DNA of 64,000 nt, from NCBI GenBank assembly GCA_026025075.1, contig JAPEUI010000010.1:1-64000 (forward strand), given 5' to 3'. Under the pieces are notes generated by a model. It had not been told where the DNA came from, did not search any database, and saw only the letters and a list, made by a program, of their open reading frames with translations. Position 1 is the stretch's first letter; each line of letters starts with the position of its first letter. Below, one piece after another: positions 24,494 through 36,835 of this stretch. Origin of the DNA: Vezdaea acicularis. Lineage: Eukaryota. Both the position numbers and the translations under genes were made by a program.

Positions 24494-27489
24494 TTACAGA
24501 TTTGTGCCACCACCTCTTCCCTCATTATGCGCCTTTTGAAATTGATACAAGATCCCCAGGACACCTGCTCCTTTCTCGTCTGCGGCTGCTTGTACATCGT
24601 CGTCATCGTCTTCCCCTTTCGTAGCAGCTTTCGTCGTCTTCCAGGAATCTCCAAGGCTCTCATCACCCAACATCCCCGCAGAGTCAGTCGGAAGGAAATC
24701 GTCCCGAATTTGTCCATCTTTAATATCGCTCTCCTCGTCATCTTCAATTGGCTCATCCGCAAGGTTAGGTCGCGAGCTACGATAACGTGAATGCGCACCA
24801 AGCCGACCAGGATTTCTGAAGCTGGATGTAGTTGGCTGATGATGAGGATCTAATAGAATTGATGGCACCAAGGACTGATTGGAAGTATTGGTCGGAAGTC
24901 TCGACGTGCGATACTGTGATTGACCTGTCGAGGTCGCGACATGCCGATTGATAGGGCGATCCCCACGAGTATACCGATCATACCGACCTCTGTCGGACCC
25001 ACCTCCTTGCGCCACAATTTCTGGGGAGGTTAACCCCTGGAAATTTGGCGGCGGGTAGAATTGACGCTTTGAAGGTTGATACATTTTGGGTGCATTACCC
25101 CTTGGGTTCGTAGCATAATTGTCAAGAAAACCAAAGTATGATGCAAGCATTTTGCCATCTTTAGTTGCATAATAGTCTTCCCTCAATGCTTGCTCTGAAT
25201 CGGCCTGCTTACGCCTTTGCTGATTGAGTGTATTTCCACCTTTCTTGAAATCGAAGAGAGCGAAGGAACATATATAGCCTAAGCCGTCCACATGTACCGT
25301 GAATTCTCGAAAAAAGTCCACGATACGATCGCAGCAGAGGGGTAGAGTGAAGAGCAGAACAAAAGGTGTAAAAACCAAACTCATGATCTCCTCGATGAAT
25401 GTAATAATTTTCATTTGATATAGGGCTGAAAACTCTTTCTTAACCTCTTCAGTATGGAGGCGGCCTTTCCAATGATTTGGCATGTAGTGGGTATATTCAA
25501 CGACATCGCGGAGGGCGAATTCAGGGTCGAAAACGTGATTATCGTCCGGTACTACTCCGCGCGCCACGGCCCAGATCGTTCCAAAAACACCTAAGTAGAA
25601 TAAGACAGTCCTATCAGGGGTCAACTCGAATCCTAAAAAGAGATCAGGGTCGAAGATCGAAGCTAGTGCAAGTACAGATACTAGAGCACCTGTGACGAAC
25701 GCGATAAATCGAAAGAGTTGAATCGTCTTCTCCTTCGGAAATTGGTCTACATATCGGGAGGCGAAAGGGTAAGACATATTCACTCGCCGCTGGAAAAGGT
25801 GCCAAAGCTCGTTAAATTCGCGGAATTTCCATTCAGCAAGTGGCGTATACTGTCGAGACCCCAGCTGAGACGGGTTCTTTTGATACTCCTGATATTCTAT
25901 TAGTCCTAGGACTTGTATAGGAAAAGAAGCTGTGCTTACATTAAAATACCTGAAGAAGTAATGCATTATGCAATAGACTATGATGAATGGCGCAAATATT
26001 ACGTTCGTAAGCCCTGCGATGAGAAACCGTCTGCGCAGGGCCTCGCTCAGCATTTTCCTGCTGGAGTCTTTTAAGAACAAAGGTCGTACTTGTCCATGCT
26101 GGTTGAAAACGAAGTCAAGGATAGTAAAACTTAGATTCCACTCCATAGTTCGTGAAAAGAATTGGCGGTTTCGGAGAAAAGGGATCGGAAGCCGGAGGTC
26201 GAGGATGTCCTTGTTGAACAGAGCTATAAGATAGTTCTCTCTCCTCATCAAGCGGTTGGCGATATCATGCGCATCCATTCGCTGCTTAGATTGGCTGCCC
26301 ATGTACTTCCGGTTCCTTGGTGCTACATTGTCCGCAGTGATTGGATTAGCGTCCCTTAAAGCCATAAGACGGGCTACGACTTCTTGCCAAGAGATAGTCT
26401 GAAGCTCATCGTCAGGTATCTCAAGTAGGTGAGTATAAAAGTCGCGCATTCTCAGTAGCCTCCAAAGTTCCAGGCTGTATTGCAGCGTTTGGGCCATCAA
26501 GTAAAAGGTGAAAAGCCATAAGAGTAAGTTCACTGAGCCAGACATCCTATTGAAGTTCAATCATCAAGTCTATGTGGGCGTCTTCAGTGGCGACCTACTT
26601 TCTGGTACACTGGGGAACCATGATCTGTGACAGATGTGTACTACCTGACAGCTTTGTATAATCGATACACATGGTCAAAAATGTGCTAAAGGAGACAACA
26701 AATGCTAGAGTCCTACCAAGGATTAGAAAAACTAATCGCATAGTCCGGTTGTACTACTTACAGAATATTTAGCACCTTACCCAGAACTATGCACCAAAGA
26801 CCATTCCCTAAGAAGTATTCGTATACTTCTTTAAGGAAAATGTCCAGATTCTCAACGTTTGCCCATCTCATATATGCTCTCTTTTTAGGGTCGACGGTGA
26901 GAACGTTGACTCTCCCTGGTCGAGCTATGTCTGCTATCCGAGGACCTTGTCGACCTTCTTGGTATAGCTGTTGCTGCGCTTGAACAGCTTCCCAACGTGC
27001 CCTGGTCTCTCTCGTTGATGGCCCAGGCATAGGACGAGACCTCAGAGGAATCCCGTGATCGTCGCCTCTACCTATGGGCTCAGCACCACCATCGTCTCCT
27101 TCAATGAGCAGTGACGCTGGAACCTCATCATCGCCTTCGTCTGCTTCATTTATAGCGCCTTGAGCTGTATTTGCTATGGACGTCCACTTCGCATGAGGCA
27201 TGCCTTGAGGCTGTTGACTTGGAGCTTGGCTTGAGGTCTCACGACCTAATCGGCTTGAGAAAGCAGTGCTCTCATGCGTTGTCTGGCTGTCGCCAAGACC
27301 AACGGCATCAGCATGCTCAAGCTCGTACTCGTCAAAAGGTGCCTCTAAGTTTTCGTCATCGACTGTCATACCGCCGCGCTCCTCAATATCAGAGGTTTCG
27401 GATAGATCGTCGTACTGTTGTATGGCTTCGTAAACGGATGGCGATCCTGTCGCGGTTGGAATAAGACGTGAGAGCAGGTTAGGAGCCAT
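24494..27489 (-). CDS. ATG9: Autophagy lipid scramblase Atg9, 4 exons
   Basis: [63 protein letters not shown] and DGKMLASY motifs. Confidence 0.96.
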
Positions 27490-27854
27490 AATCAAGATGT
27501 AGGCCCTTTCGTAGCGTTGATTAGCTTGCTAGTGAATAAGGGTAGCGGGCGAAAAGATGTCGTGTGGTACCCTTTGCAGCAGCTCCCGACGAAGGGCTCG
27601 AGCCAAGTGAAAGCACAGTGTAATCGAACGAAGCTTCAGAGTCATAGCCAGCCTCGGGAAGCATACTGACACGCTTTGTACGCAGATCACATGGGAGTTG
27701 CTGCACAGAGGGGCTGCTTAGACTATGTGGAGTCACCTGGTGGTTAACAGCTGCCTTCTGTAGAGAGATTCGCCTCGGCAAATCCCGAGCCAATGTATAA
27801 AACATCTGGGAGAGCTTAGGCATCAAGTGCATATCCAAATGATAGAATGCTGCA

Positions 27855-29960
27855 ATGGCAGAAAGCTATCAACATAAGAAACTTAATGGGGTATCTTTCG
27901 AACAATCCAAGAGTGATATGCTAACGGCATCCACTACCCCACCTCCCGGAGGCATACCTATTCGGTCGAACGCACTTTCAAGCAAGCTTACAAGTATCCT
28001 CTCCGCGTCATATGCAGACCTAGAAATTCGAGATGCTCTCGACACACTAGATGAGCGAAAAATTGAAACCACGCCCGAGACTAGGCGCCAATTTCGGCTT
28101 GACGTTCAAAAGGAGGTCATAAATTGCAATGCGGACATCATTGGGGAATTTGGCGCTGTTGCAGAACAGCTAAAACGTATAGGCTCTACTATAGCTACGC
28201 TGAACCTCTGCTGTAATGAGATCCGGAAGCAGATCGAGGCTGCGCGCACGGAGACCGCGCCGATTCTCAAGGAAGCCTCAAAACTTATGACGGAGAAACA
28301 AGGGACGGAAACCAAGCAACAGTTGTTGGAAGCATTCAGGGCACATTTTGTAGTGTCTAGGGAAGACACTGACTGTCTCACGTCGTCAGCAGAACCTGTT
28401 AGTGATCGATTTTTCGTAATTATGGCTCGGGTAAAAAGTATATATCGCGATTGTCAAGTGCTTCTGGGTACTGAAAATCAGACCATGGGCTTAGAGATTA
28501 TGGAGAAAAGCTCGAAGAACCTTAATGGCGCCTTTCAGAAGTTATACAGATGGACACAACATGAGTTCAAGACCTTGGATCTTGAAAATCCTCAAATAAA
28601 TTCTCAGATCCGTCACGCGCTACGTGTACTGGCAGAACGCCCAACGTTGTTCCAAAGCTGCTTAGACTTTTTTGCAGAGGCAAGAGAGCATATCTTGTCT
28701 GACGCCTTCCATATGGCCCTGACAGGCTCGTCTTCGGATCCGGATGAACACTTGCCCTCGAAACCTATTGAGTTGTTCGCCCATGATCCCCTCCGTTATG
28801 TGGGCGACATGCTAGCTTGGACCCACTCTGCAACTGTGTCGGAACGGGAAGCTCTGGAATCTCTGTTCATATCCGAGGGTGGTGAAATGGCAAAGGGTAT
28901 ACAGACCGGACTCGCTAACGAGCCGTGGTCTCGAGAAGAACTTGAGGATTCCGAAGTATTTGATGGGAGGAAAGCTTTGAACCAGCTCGTCAATCGAGAC
29001 CTTGAGGGAGTAGCACGAATTTTGAGGCAGAGGGTGGACCAGGTGATACACGGATATGAGGAGCCTGTGCTTGCTTATAAGATTTCCAACCTCATCAATT
29101 TCTATTGCATCACGTTTGAGAGGCTCCTTGGTGCCCACTCAAGCGTCCTTGGAATACTGGCAGCTCTTGAAGATTCCGCACTTAGACAGTTCCGAGCAAC
29201 GATGAAAGATCATATAGCTGCAGTTCAGGGTGATCTCCCCCGGGCTCCACCAAGCCTGGAACCGCCAGAATTCCTTGACGAAGCTTTGGAACAGCTTAAG
29301 GCGCTTATGCAGAGCTTTGAAACCTCTCTCGCACCGGCGTCATCAAAGGAGGCAGATTTTCAGCCTGTGCTTGAAGAAGCTCTGGATCCCTTTCTTGTCG
29401 GGTGTGAAAAGCTATCTAGAAATCTGGAAGAGCCGGCGTCTGATATCTTTGTGATAAATTGTCTCCTCGCTATTAAAAGGTTCCTGAAACCTTTCTCTTT
29501 CGTAAAAGGGAAGGTGTCGAAGGTCGATGAGATAGTAGGGCAGCGTGCTGACAAGCTTGTCGAGCACCAGCATGCTTGGTTCCTGCACACTTCTGGTCTA
29601 TACTCGCTGGTTGCTGCTTTATCACAATTATCTGAATCCTTAGAGGATCTGGAGAAAATTAAGAGCCTCCCGCCATTTGGACCAAAGGCTTTGGCAGCAT
29701 CATCGCAAAAGCTTGATGATTTCTTACCATCTGCGCTTATGGATGCAAAGGAGAAAGTAGCCCAGTTGCAAAGTCAACAAATCGCACAGGAGGTTACCGA
29801 GGCGGCCGCTAGTAGGTTTTGTGAGGACTTTGATTTTATTGAGGGCCGTATGGAAGCTGCAGACGAGCTTATGGAGGGTAGAAATGAGGAAGCAGAGCAG
29901 CAAAGACTTAGAGTTTTATTCCCACGGACTAGTGGAGATATAAGAGTCTTGCTTAGTTGA
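27855..29960 (+). CDS. COG6: Conserved oligomeric Golgi complex subunit 6 (intronless, 701 aa)
   Basis: PIELFAHDPLRYVGDMLAWTHSATVSEREALE signature; helical-rod composition. Confidence 0.93.
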   Translation: MAESYQHKKLNGVSFEQSKSDMLTASTTPPPGGIPIRSNALSSKLTSILSASYADLEIRDALDTLDERKIETTPETRRQFRLDVQKEVINCNADIIGEFGAVAEQLKRIGSTIATLNLCCNEIRKQIEAARTETAPILKEASKLMTEKQGTETKQQLLEAFRAHFVVSREDTDCLTSSAEPVSDRFFVIMARVKSIYRDCQVLLGTENQTMGLEIMEKSSKNLNGAFQKLYRWTQHEFKTLDLENPQINSQIRHALRVLAERPTLFQSCLDFFAEAREHILSDAFHMALTGSSSDPDEHLPSKPIELFAHDPLRYVGDMLAWTHSATVSEREALESLFISEGGEMAKGIQTGLANEPWSREELEDSEVFDGRKALNQLVNRDLEGVARILRQRVDQVIHGYEEPVLAYKISNLINFYCITFERLLGAHSSVLGILAALEDSALRQFRATMKDHIAAVQGDLPRAPPSLEPPEFLDEALEQLKALMQSFETSLAPASSKEADFQPVLEEALDPFLVGCEKLSRNLEEPASDIFVINCLLAIKRFLKPFSFVKGKVSKVDEIVGQRADKLVEHQHAWFLHTSGLYSLVAALSQLSESLEDLEKIKSLPPFGPKALAASSQKLDDFLPSALMDAKEKVAQLQSQQIAQEVTEAAASRFCEDFDFIEGRMEAADELMEGRNEEAEQQRLRVLFPRTSGDIRVLLS

Positions 29961-30061
29961 AGGATTAATCCTCCAACCAGTACAAAGGCGATCCTGGTAG
30001 ACATTAGACGCCATGAAATCCGGTTTGAACGCCATGCTTCTCCATGATCCCTATTCTAAGA

Positions 30062-30453
30062 TCATGCCCCTAACTCTCCGCCCACCTCTTTGATACCCTC
30101 CACCTTAGTCCCCTCCAAATTCTTGTCGCCAGTCCGATCCTTTTTCTCCCACTCTTCGGGTGTATAACACTTCGGCGTCCAAGCGTGTATGACCGCAATC
30201 TCTGCCTTTAAGGCGCCATTCACCAGCCGATGTCTAGCCAGCGTTGTCTTTTTAGCGAAATGTGGGGAGACGATATTAGCTTCAAATGCTTGGCCGCAAC
30301 CACCTGCGCTGCGTTAGAGAGGGGAAAAAGAACAGGGTGTGAAGTAGGAAAAGACGCGCCTGAAATGTCTTCGACTTCAACGTGGGTCGCGGAGAGCTTT
30401 TCAGTGAGTGCTGCGATCAGATACTCCGGAGTTATGACGGGAGTTTCCGCCAT
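30062..30453 (-). CDS. BolA family protein (Bol2/Fra2-like), 2 exons with a GC-AG intron at 30304-30359
   Basis: Spliced product [60 protein letters not shown]; no mitochondrial presequence. Confidence 0.88.
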
Positions 30454-30845
30454 TACCACAAGTGAGAACTAGCCAGGAGCTCAAGCTCAGTGAGTCCTGA
30501 ATTGGGAATCAGAGATATTCATAAAAGTGTTTTAGTCTTAACCGCTCGGCTCTGCCCCACTCTCGTCATAGCTCTGCAGAACAGGGGCCGCTTAAATTAG
30601 GGAACGAATAGCCGATTTGAAATAGCTACAAATTCACTAGAGCGTACGTTGTATTATATCATTCAGTATCTCTCTACATGCATGCTGAATCAGTGCACCA
30701 GTCTTGAACTCTAGCATACTAACGCTAGGATACCCTTAGAAGCCCAATTGATCGTCATAAGCAGGTATACTGAACAACCGTCGAGAGCATGCCCCAATAT
30801 GTTCCCCTAAAAACGCCAGCCCCCAATCTCTCAACCGGTATCACT

Positions 30846-33800
30846 TCATGCCCGTCCAATTATATAGTCCTTATTCTCGATGGTAACACTCTTGGTCTAT
30901 GGCCTAGGTCAGCACCTTTGTTCGAGTTGCAGGCTAGCACCTTTGTACTTACCATATGATTGACCTTATAAACTCCAACTAGTCGGGCTGCCAGTTCAAA
31001 CATGTTATTCCGTAGAGAAATGACGATGAACTGCGCATTCTTTGTGCGCTCCTTAATATAACTAGCCACAATCGAGACCTTTACCTATTAGCCTTCATCC
31101 TCTCAACAACGGGGGACTCTGGATACTTACATTCCTGAAGTCCAACGCTGCATCAATCTCATCCATAACATATAACGGCGTCGGCTTGTAGTGATGCAGT
31201 GCGAACACTAGAGCTAAACTACTCAGTGTCTTCTCGCCACCGGACAAGTTGGAAATGTTCTTCCAACTTTTCTTAGGCGGCATGACGCTGAATAAGATGC
31301 CCTCCGAGAACGGGTCAAGTGAGTCTACGAGCTCGAGCTCGGCATTGCCACCCATGGTAATCATTTGATACATCTCCTTGAGGCGCAGAGATATCATGCT
31401 GAATCCTTCCATGAAGCCTTCGAGTCGAAGCCGCCGCAAGTCATCACACCGCTTCTTGGCGGTGTCACGCTGAGCAACGGCGCTTTCGAGATCGGAACTG
31501 CGAGCTGTGTGCTCTTCCACTCTACGGCGGTATTCACTTAGGACACCCAGCTCGAGATTCACGTTTTGCGTTTTTTCTTCGAGCATGGCGATCTCCCCCT
31601 TGAGGAATTCCTTATCCATGCCGGCGAGTTCGTCCTTGGTGTAAATTGGTAGCTCGTCCGTTTCTTGCTCCTCACCAAGGTCATTAATGTTTTGGAGGAC
31701 GAGCTTGCCTAGCTTGTCATGCCAGTATCGGGCGCGCTTTTGGTTTTCCATTAGCACCTTCTGATTTTCCTCAAGCTTGTTGCGCATCTCGATCTCCACA
31801 GCCCTAGTCTCGTTGAGTTCTGCTGTTTTCTCGTCAAGCTCCGCCTTGAGTGCGGCAAGTTCCTCTTTCTTTGTATCAAGTGCCTCTTGCGCTTCCTCGA
31901 CCCTCTTTTTTGATTCAGACGAGCCCGTCTTCTGATTGTTGACCTCGGTAGCAAGTCTCTCAAGGTCGTCAGCAATTGAATCAAGCTCCTTCTTGGCATC
32001 TTCGAAAGCTTTTTCGTGCTTGGTCCTTTGTTTCTCCGCTTTCGCGCCAGCCACCTCAGCCATAGATATCTGCTCACTCAGCGAGTCAATTTGCTCCTTC
32101 AACCCGTCAACCTTCGCTTTTTGGACTCGTAGCTTGACTCCGCCGACCTCCATAATTTTGTCCTGAAGGTCTTTGATCTCGTGTTCGAGGCCAGCGGTCT
32201 CTTCATGAAGCTCCTCTGCCTCGTTCTGAATAGAAGATATCTTTCTCTCTAGAACCGTAATTTGCTTATCATCAGACTTCGAAGGCTGATTTTCTGCGCT
32301 CAATTCTGTCACTTGCCGCTGAGCATCTGCAAGGTCGCGAGCAAAACTATCGACCTCTAGATTAATCTTTTGCATTTTCGTTTCTAGTCGTGGTATCTGA
32401 TCGCGAATCTCGCCGAGAGTTGCTTCAAGCGCTCGCTGACGTTCTTGGAAGGCCTGGAACTTCTGGTCCAGTGCGTCACGATCGACCTCGAGCTTTGATA
32501 CTTGCTCCTTTGTCGTTTCTGCAACAAGTTTGGAAGACATGCCACCTCGAGCTACACGAGTACCACCACCAGTCATTGTACCGGATTTATCGATCAATTG
32601 TCCGTCTAGTGTGACAACCCGCCATCGCTGGGCGCCATACGCAATACGATTGGCTTGGGTGAGATCGTTTGCAACAAGCGTGTTCTGTAGGACACTATAG
32701 AAAGCCGGTCGGAATCTATCATCCTTCGGCTTCACCAAATCGAACAGTCTAGGAACGCCCTCCGGAGTGTTGATTGGGGAAACATCTTTTCTTGCCAGCC
32801 GATCGAGAAGAATGAACATTGCCCTCCCAAGGTTGTTCTTTCGTAAGTAGTCAATGCACTGCTGGCCGACTTCAACGGAGTCAACTACGATGTTCTCCAG
32901 GGAAGGGCAGGCTGTCGAGATTGCCACATCATACTTTTGATCGATGGTACCCAGGTTCCCGAGACGGCCGTGAAAACCCTCGATGCGCCCAGACTCCTTG
33001 AGCCGCATAAGGCCTGCTAAGACATTGCCCTGCGTCTGGGTGCTTGACAAGCTCGCCCGCGCTTCATCTGCTTTTTGCCTGGCGCCTGAGAGCTGAGAAC
33101 GTAATTCCGGCTCCTGTTGGGTAGTCTTCTCGAGGTCGGCCTGAGCCTTACTAGCGCTCCTCTCTAATCTTAACTTCTCAGCTTTGCATTCCTCGAGCTC
33201 TTGGATCTTAATGTCTCGGCATCCCTCAATGGTCGCAATCTTAGCTTGAGCTTCTTCAAGCGCGATTAGGCCAGCATTACCACGCTCTTTGATTATGTCA
33301 AGCTCGCTTTGTGCAACTGCGATGGCAGACTGCTTCTCGTTAATTTTCGCATTCCATGGCTCAAGGGTTTTCTGTTTTGCAGCAATCTGGTCCGAGAAGT
33401 GCTGAGTTTTGCCTTTCAGACCATTGCGAGTTTTGCTGAGCTCTTTCTCTTCGGCGTGCATACTCTTCTCGAGTTCTGCGATCTGAATTCCGTGCTTCTC
33501 AATATCATGAGTGAAATTATCCAATGAATTGGCGGACTCAGACGCGGATAGCTTGCTGGTTTGCATAGCTTTTTCAAGCTTTTTCTGCTTCGCAGCTAAA
33601 AATTTCTTTTTCTCTTCGAATTTGACGTTTTCCTTATCGTATTTTGCCATCTCCTTCAAGATAGCTTCTGTTTCCTTCTCCAGTACATCATACTCCTTTG
33701 AGCCCTTTTTGTATTGCCTTTGAAGTTGTTTGATGCCGTCCTCGTTTCCTTGATGCCTCTCGAGTTCGGCATTGAGCTGGGCTTGCGTCTGATCTATTGC

Positions 33801-35207
33801 CTCCTCAGTGACTTTGATATTATCGCCACATTCATCGATGTAGACCTGATACAGCGCAGACTGTTTCATAATAAGCTCATTCTCGTCGCTGATGTACGCT
33901 AGCGCCTTGTTTTTCTTATCTTCTAGACCATTCTTTTCCTTCTCTACATGCTTGACTCGATTGCTCTTCTCGTGGCAGACTTCGTTCAGAGTTTCGACCT
34001 CAACAGCGGACTCCTCAATCGGAGTCTTGTATTTAGAGGTTCCGATGATGTCTTCGAGGTACTCTAAAAGTCCATCATCATGTTCATTGGCCGCTTTAGG
34101 CTTCATCTGGGCAATTGACTCGACTTCACCCTGGAGAATAAGGAACCGCTTGTGGTCAAGGTCTACTCCCTTTTCTTTGAGCATTGTCGTTACTGTCGTG
34201 AAGTTTGATTCGCACGAATTAATGTAGTATTTGCTGGAATTGTTCTTGTATGCTTTTCGAGACACTATCATCGTAGAATCTGGAACAACCTCATGCTTAC
34301 CGCCGGGCAAGTCCATCACCTCCTGGAAGTGGACTTCGACTTCGCAAAAACCCAAATTGGGAAATTGAGCTGAGTTGTGTATCAAAGCCGAAATCTTCCC
34401 TTGTCTCATCTTACTTGCGCGGAAACCAAAAACGAACAAGAGCGAGTCAATGACGTTGGATTTTCCAGAGCCATTGGGGCCAACAACCGACGAGAATGAC
34501 GCGTGAAAAGGGCCGACTTCTTGTCTTCCTGCATAACTCTTAAAATTCGTCAGAACCAGGTATTTGATAACCATCCGCGCCTTGGGACCAGATGGCTCTT
34601 CAGGAACTGGAATTGCCTGACTCCTTGACTTTAGGAGTATGTCTATAGGCTTCTCCAACGGTGCAAGCTCCACCGGCTTTATTTTGGCAGGTTCTGCCTT
34701 AACGCTTATTTCCAGAGGTGCCACCTGCTCGTTTAGGCTTGCACTGGTAATGTCCGCAAGGGGGGTGCTGTGAAGCTGAGACGGTTCTGGAGATGCCGAT
34801 GTCTCTGGTGTCGGTAATGGTGGTGGCAGGTTGTGTATTACGGAGGTCCTTCCTTTATTTGGCGCTGCACTCTTCCTCTTCCTTGGGGAGGCCCTCTTCG
34901 TTGGAGATTCCGGCTCCAGCAATGTGCTCTGCTCAGGGTTGAAGATCTCTGAGGGTTCAATGTTTTCTCCGGTCTTCGCACGTCGCGATCTTCCCCCGAT
35001 CTTAGGCGTTCCAGGCACAACTGCTGTGGTTTTCCGTCTTGTAGTCCTCTTCGGACCCCGCTGGGGCGCGGGAGTAAACTCCTCCTCGCTCTCCGCATCT
35101 GGCTGGTCTTGAGTGACATTGAGCTCATCTTCGTCGGAGGACTCTACGACAACTTTCCGCCTCGTAGCAGCCCTTCGCGATGGGCGAGTTGGTGAAGTCA
35201 TGGACAT
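30846..35207 (-). CDS. SMC4: Condensin subunit SMC4, 3 exons (introns 31079-31130 and about 30897-30952)
   Basis: NFKSYAG, Walker A GPNGSGKS, RFLILQGEVE, hinge GRLGNLG...SGTMTGGG, signature LSGGEKT, Walker B YVMDEIDAALD, AQFIVISLR; first ATG at 35207. Confidence 0.96.
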
Positions 35208-35412
35208 TATGGAGTAATTCGTTGATAACGTGTGCTGATGATTGAAGATTCGTAATGCTGCAACGAGAGTCAAAACATGTAAACATTCGCTTATGCAGGT
35301 TTCCAGCCAATTACAAGCGACACAGAGACCATCCCTGCATAGGGCGGGAGCTAGGCTCGCCAGGGTATCAACTTGAGATTTTGCAAAGTTGCATGAACGA
35401 CTAGACCTCAAA

Positions 35413-36459
35413 ATGGAACTGTACAAGGACTTTGATGCGGTGTTCGCCTTTAATCCAGATTACACGTACGAACAAACTACAATCCGTGACATCCTACGAA
35501 ATCGACAAGACCTTGGCGGGCATCTCTTCATTGATCGACTGTTAGACCTCCTTCATATCAAACAAGGCAAGTCCATCTGTTTCTCCTCCACCAACCCTTC
35601 TCCATGCTGCTTACTTAATACTGCTCCTTCCAATTCGATTTCGTCGTACCTCAACTAACTCCCCGCAGCATCAAAACTCTTCCCACCCCGGACGAACGGC
35701 GACCTACGCACCCTCTTCACCAAAATTGCCTCCGCTCCCGAAACTATACCATCGCACCATATTCAATCTCTCCTCTTCTACATTTTCCTCGACTGCTCTC
35801 CTGACCCTGCTCTCGCCTATACCTTCGCTGACAATGTCTACCTCCCTTCACGATATCGGATCTACATCGAAGGGTTATGGCATATGGACGCGCTCGCGTT
35901 CGAGAAGGCGCTGAGCTACCTCTGTAAGCCTGGACTAGTTCCAACTTTCCCAGAGGAGATCCTAGATGCACTTGTGCAGCACGCGCCGAGGACTGGGTGG
36001 CAGCTCCCTCTCGTATACTGGCATGTTGTGGCACCGGTGCTAACAACGACGCATGCACTCGAAACCATCTTTAAGGTGTATTGCAACGTGGGGGTTACGG
36101 ATGCATTTTTCTTTGCGAGGACGCAGGCGGAGCATATGCATCACCACTTGTTCGAGCAACTAGTCGCGTTCGTGTTAGAACTACGAGCAGGAGATGCCAG
36201 GGCTACGAAGTGCGTCGAGCTTGTAAACTTGCCGATGTCGCCGCAGGAGAGTGGATGGTTCGAGGGATTCTTGAGCGGGAAGGGGAAGACGCTGATGGGG
36301 GCAAAGGATACGTTGATGATACGGAGGATAGGAATAGGAAAATTTGACGATGCACTCTCTGGCATAAGGGGTGTGAGTGGGAGGGAGATGAATGGCTTGA
36401 AGTGGGACCTCTTAAAGGGTGGGGTGGAGAGGGGTCTGGGCCCGCGATATTCTAGATAA
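35413..36459 (+). CDS. ELYS-like nuclear pore assembly protein (Ely5-type), 2 exons with a GC-AG intron at 35567-35668
   Basis: LFIDRLL...LFPPRTNGDLRTL...SLLFYIFLD...IEGLWHMD...FEKALSYL matches the recalled fungal ELYS domain; the frame joins only through AG|GCAAGT...CTAAC...CAG. Confidence 0.8.
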
Positions 36460-36835
36460 AAGCTATCGGGTTCTTAGCCCTAAGGGCTTCTGGGAAGCTG
36501 CATTGATTGGCATAGCGATTGGAGCATGTGGGAAAGCATGTCTTTTATTTTTCCGAGTTCTTGCACTGTACAGTACAGTGATTGTTTCATGGTTGCTCCT
36601 ACCAACAGAATGCATTATGGTATCCCTTCCTTGATTACTGACATTTATGGCCACCAGACTCCGAATGTATGCCCCACATTTATGCAACATGACAAGATCC
36701 TCTGCAACAACGCCAGAGACCATGATAGTCACATTCCACCACACAATAACACAACCATGAGTTACACGAACCTACTGAAAGCGAAAATCTACGAAACATG
36801 AAATCGATCTCTGAATCAATGGATTCAAGATACGT

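Noticed and set aside
35208..35426. 73-aa N-terminal extension of SMC4 in the ORF track
   Set aside because: It starts at TTG, overlaps the divergent gene's start and does not look like SMC sequence; ATG 35207 is preferred.
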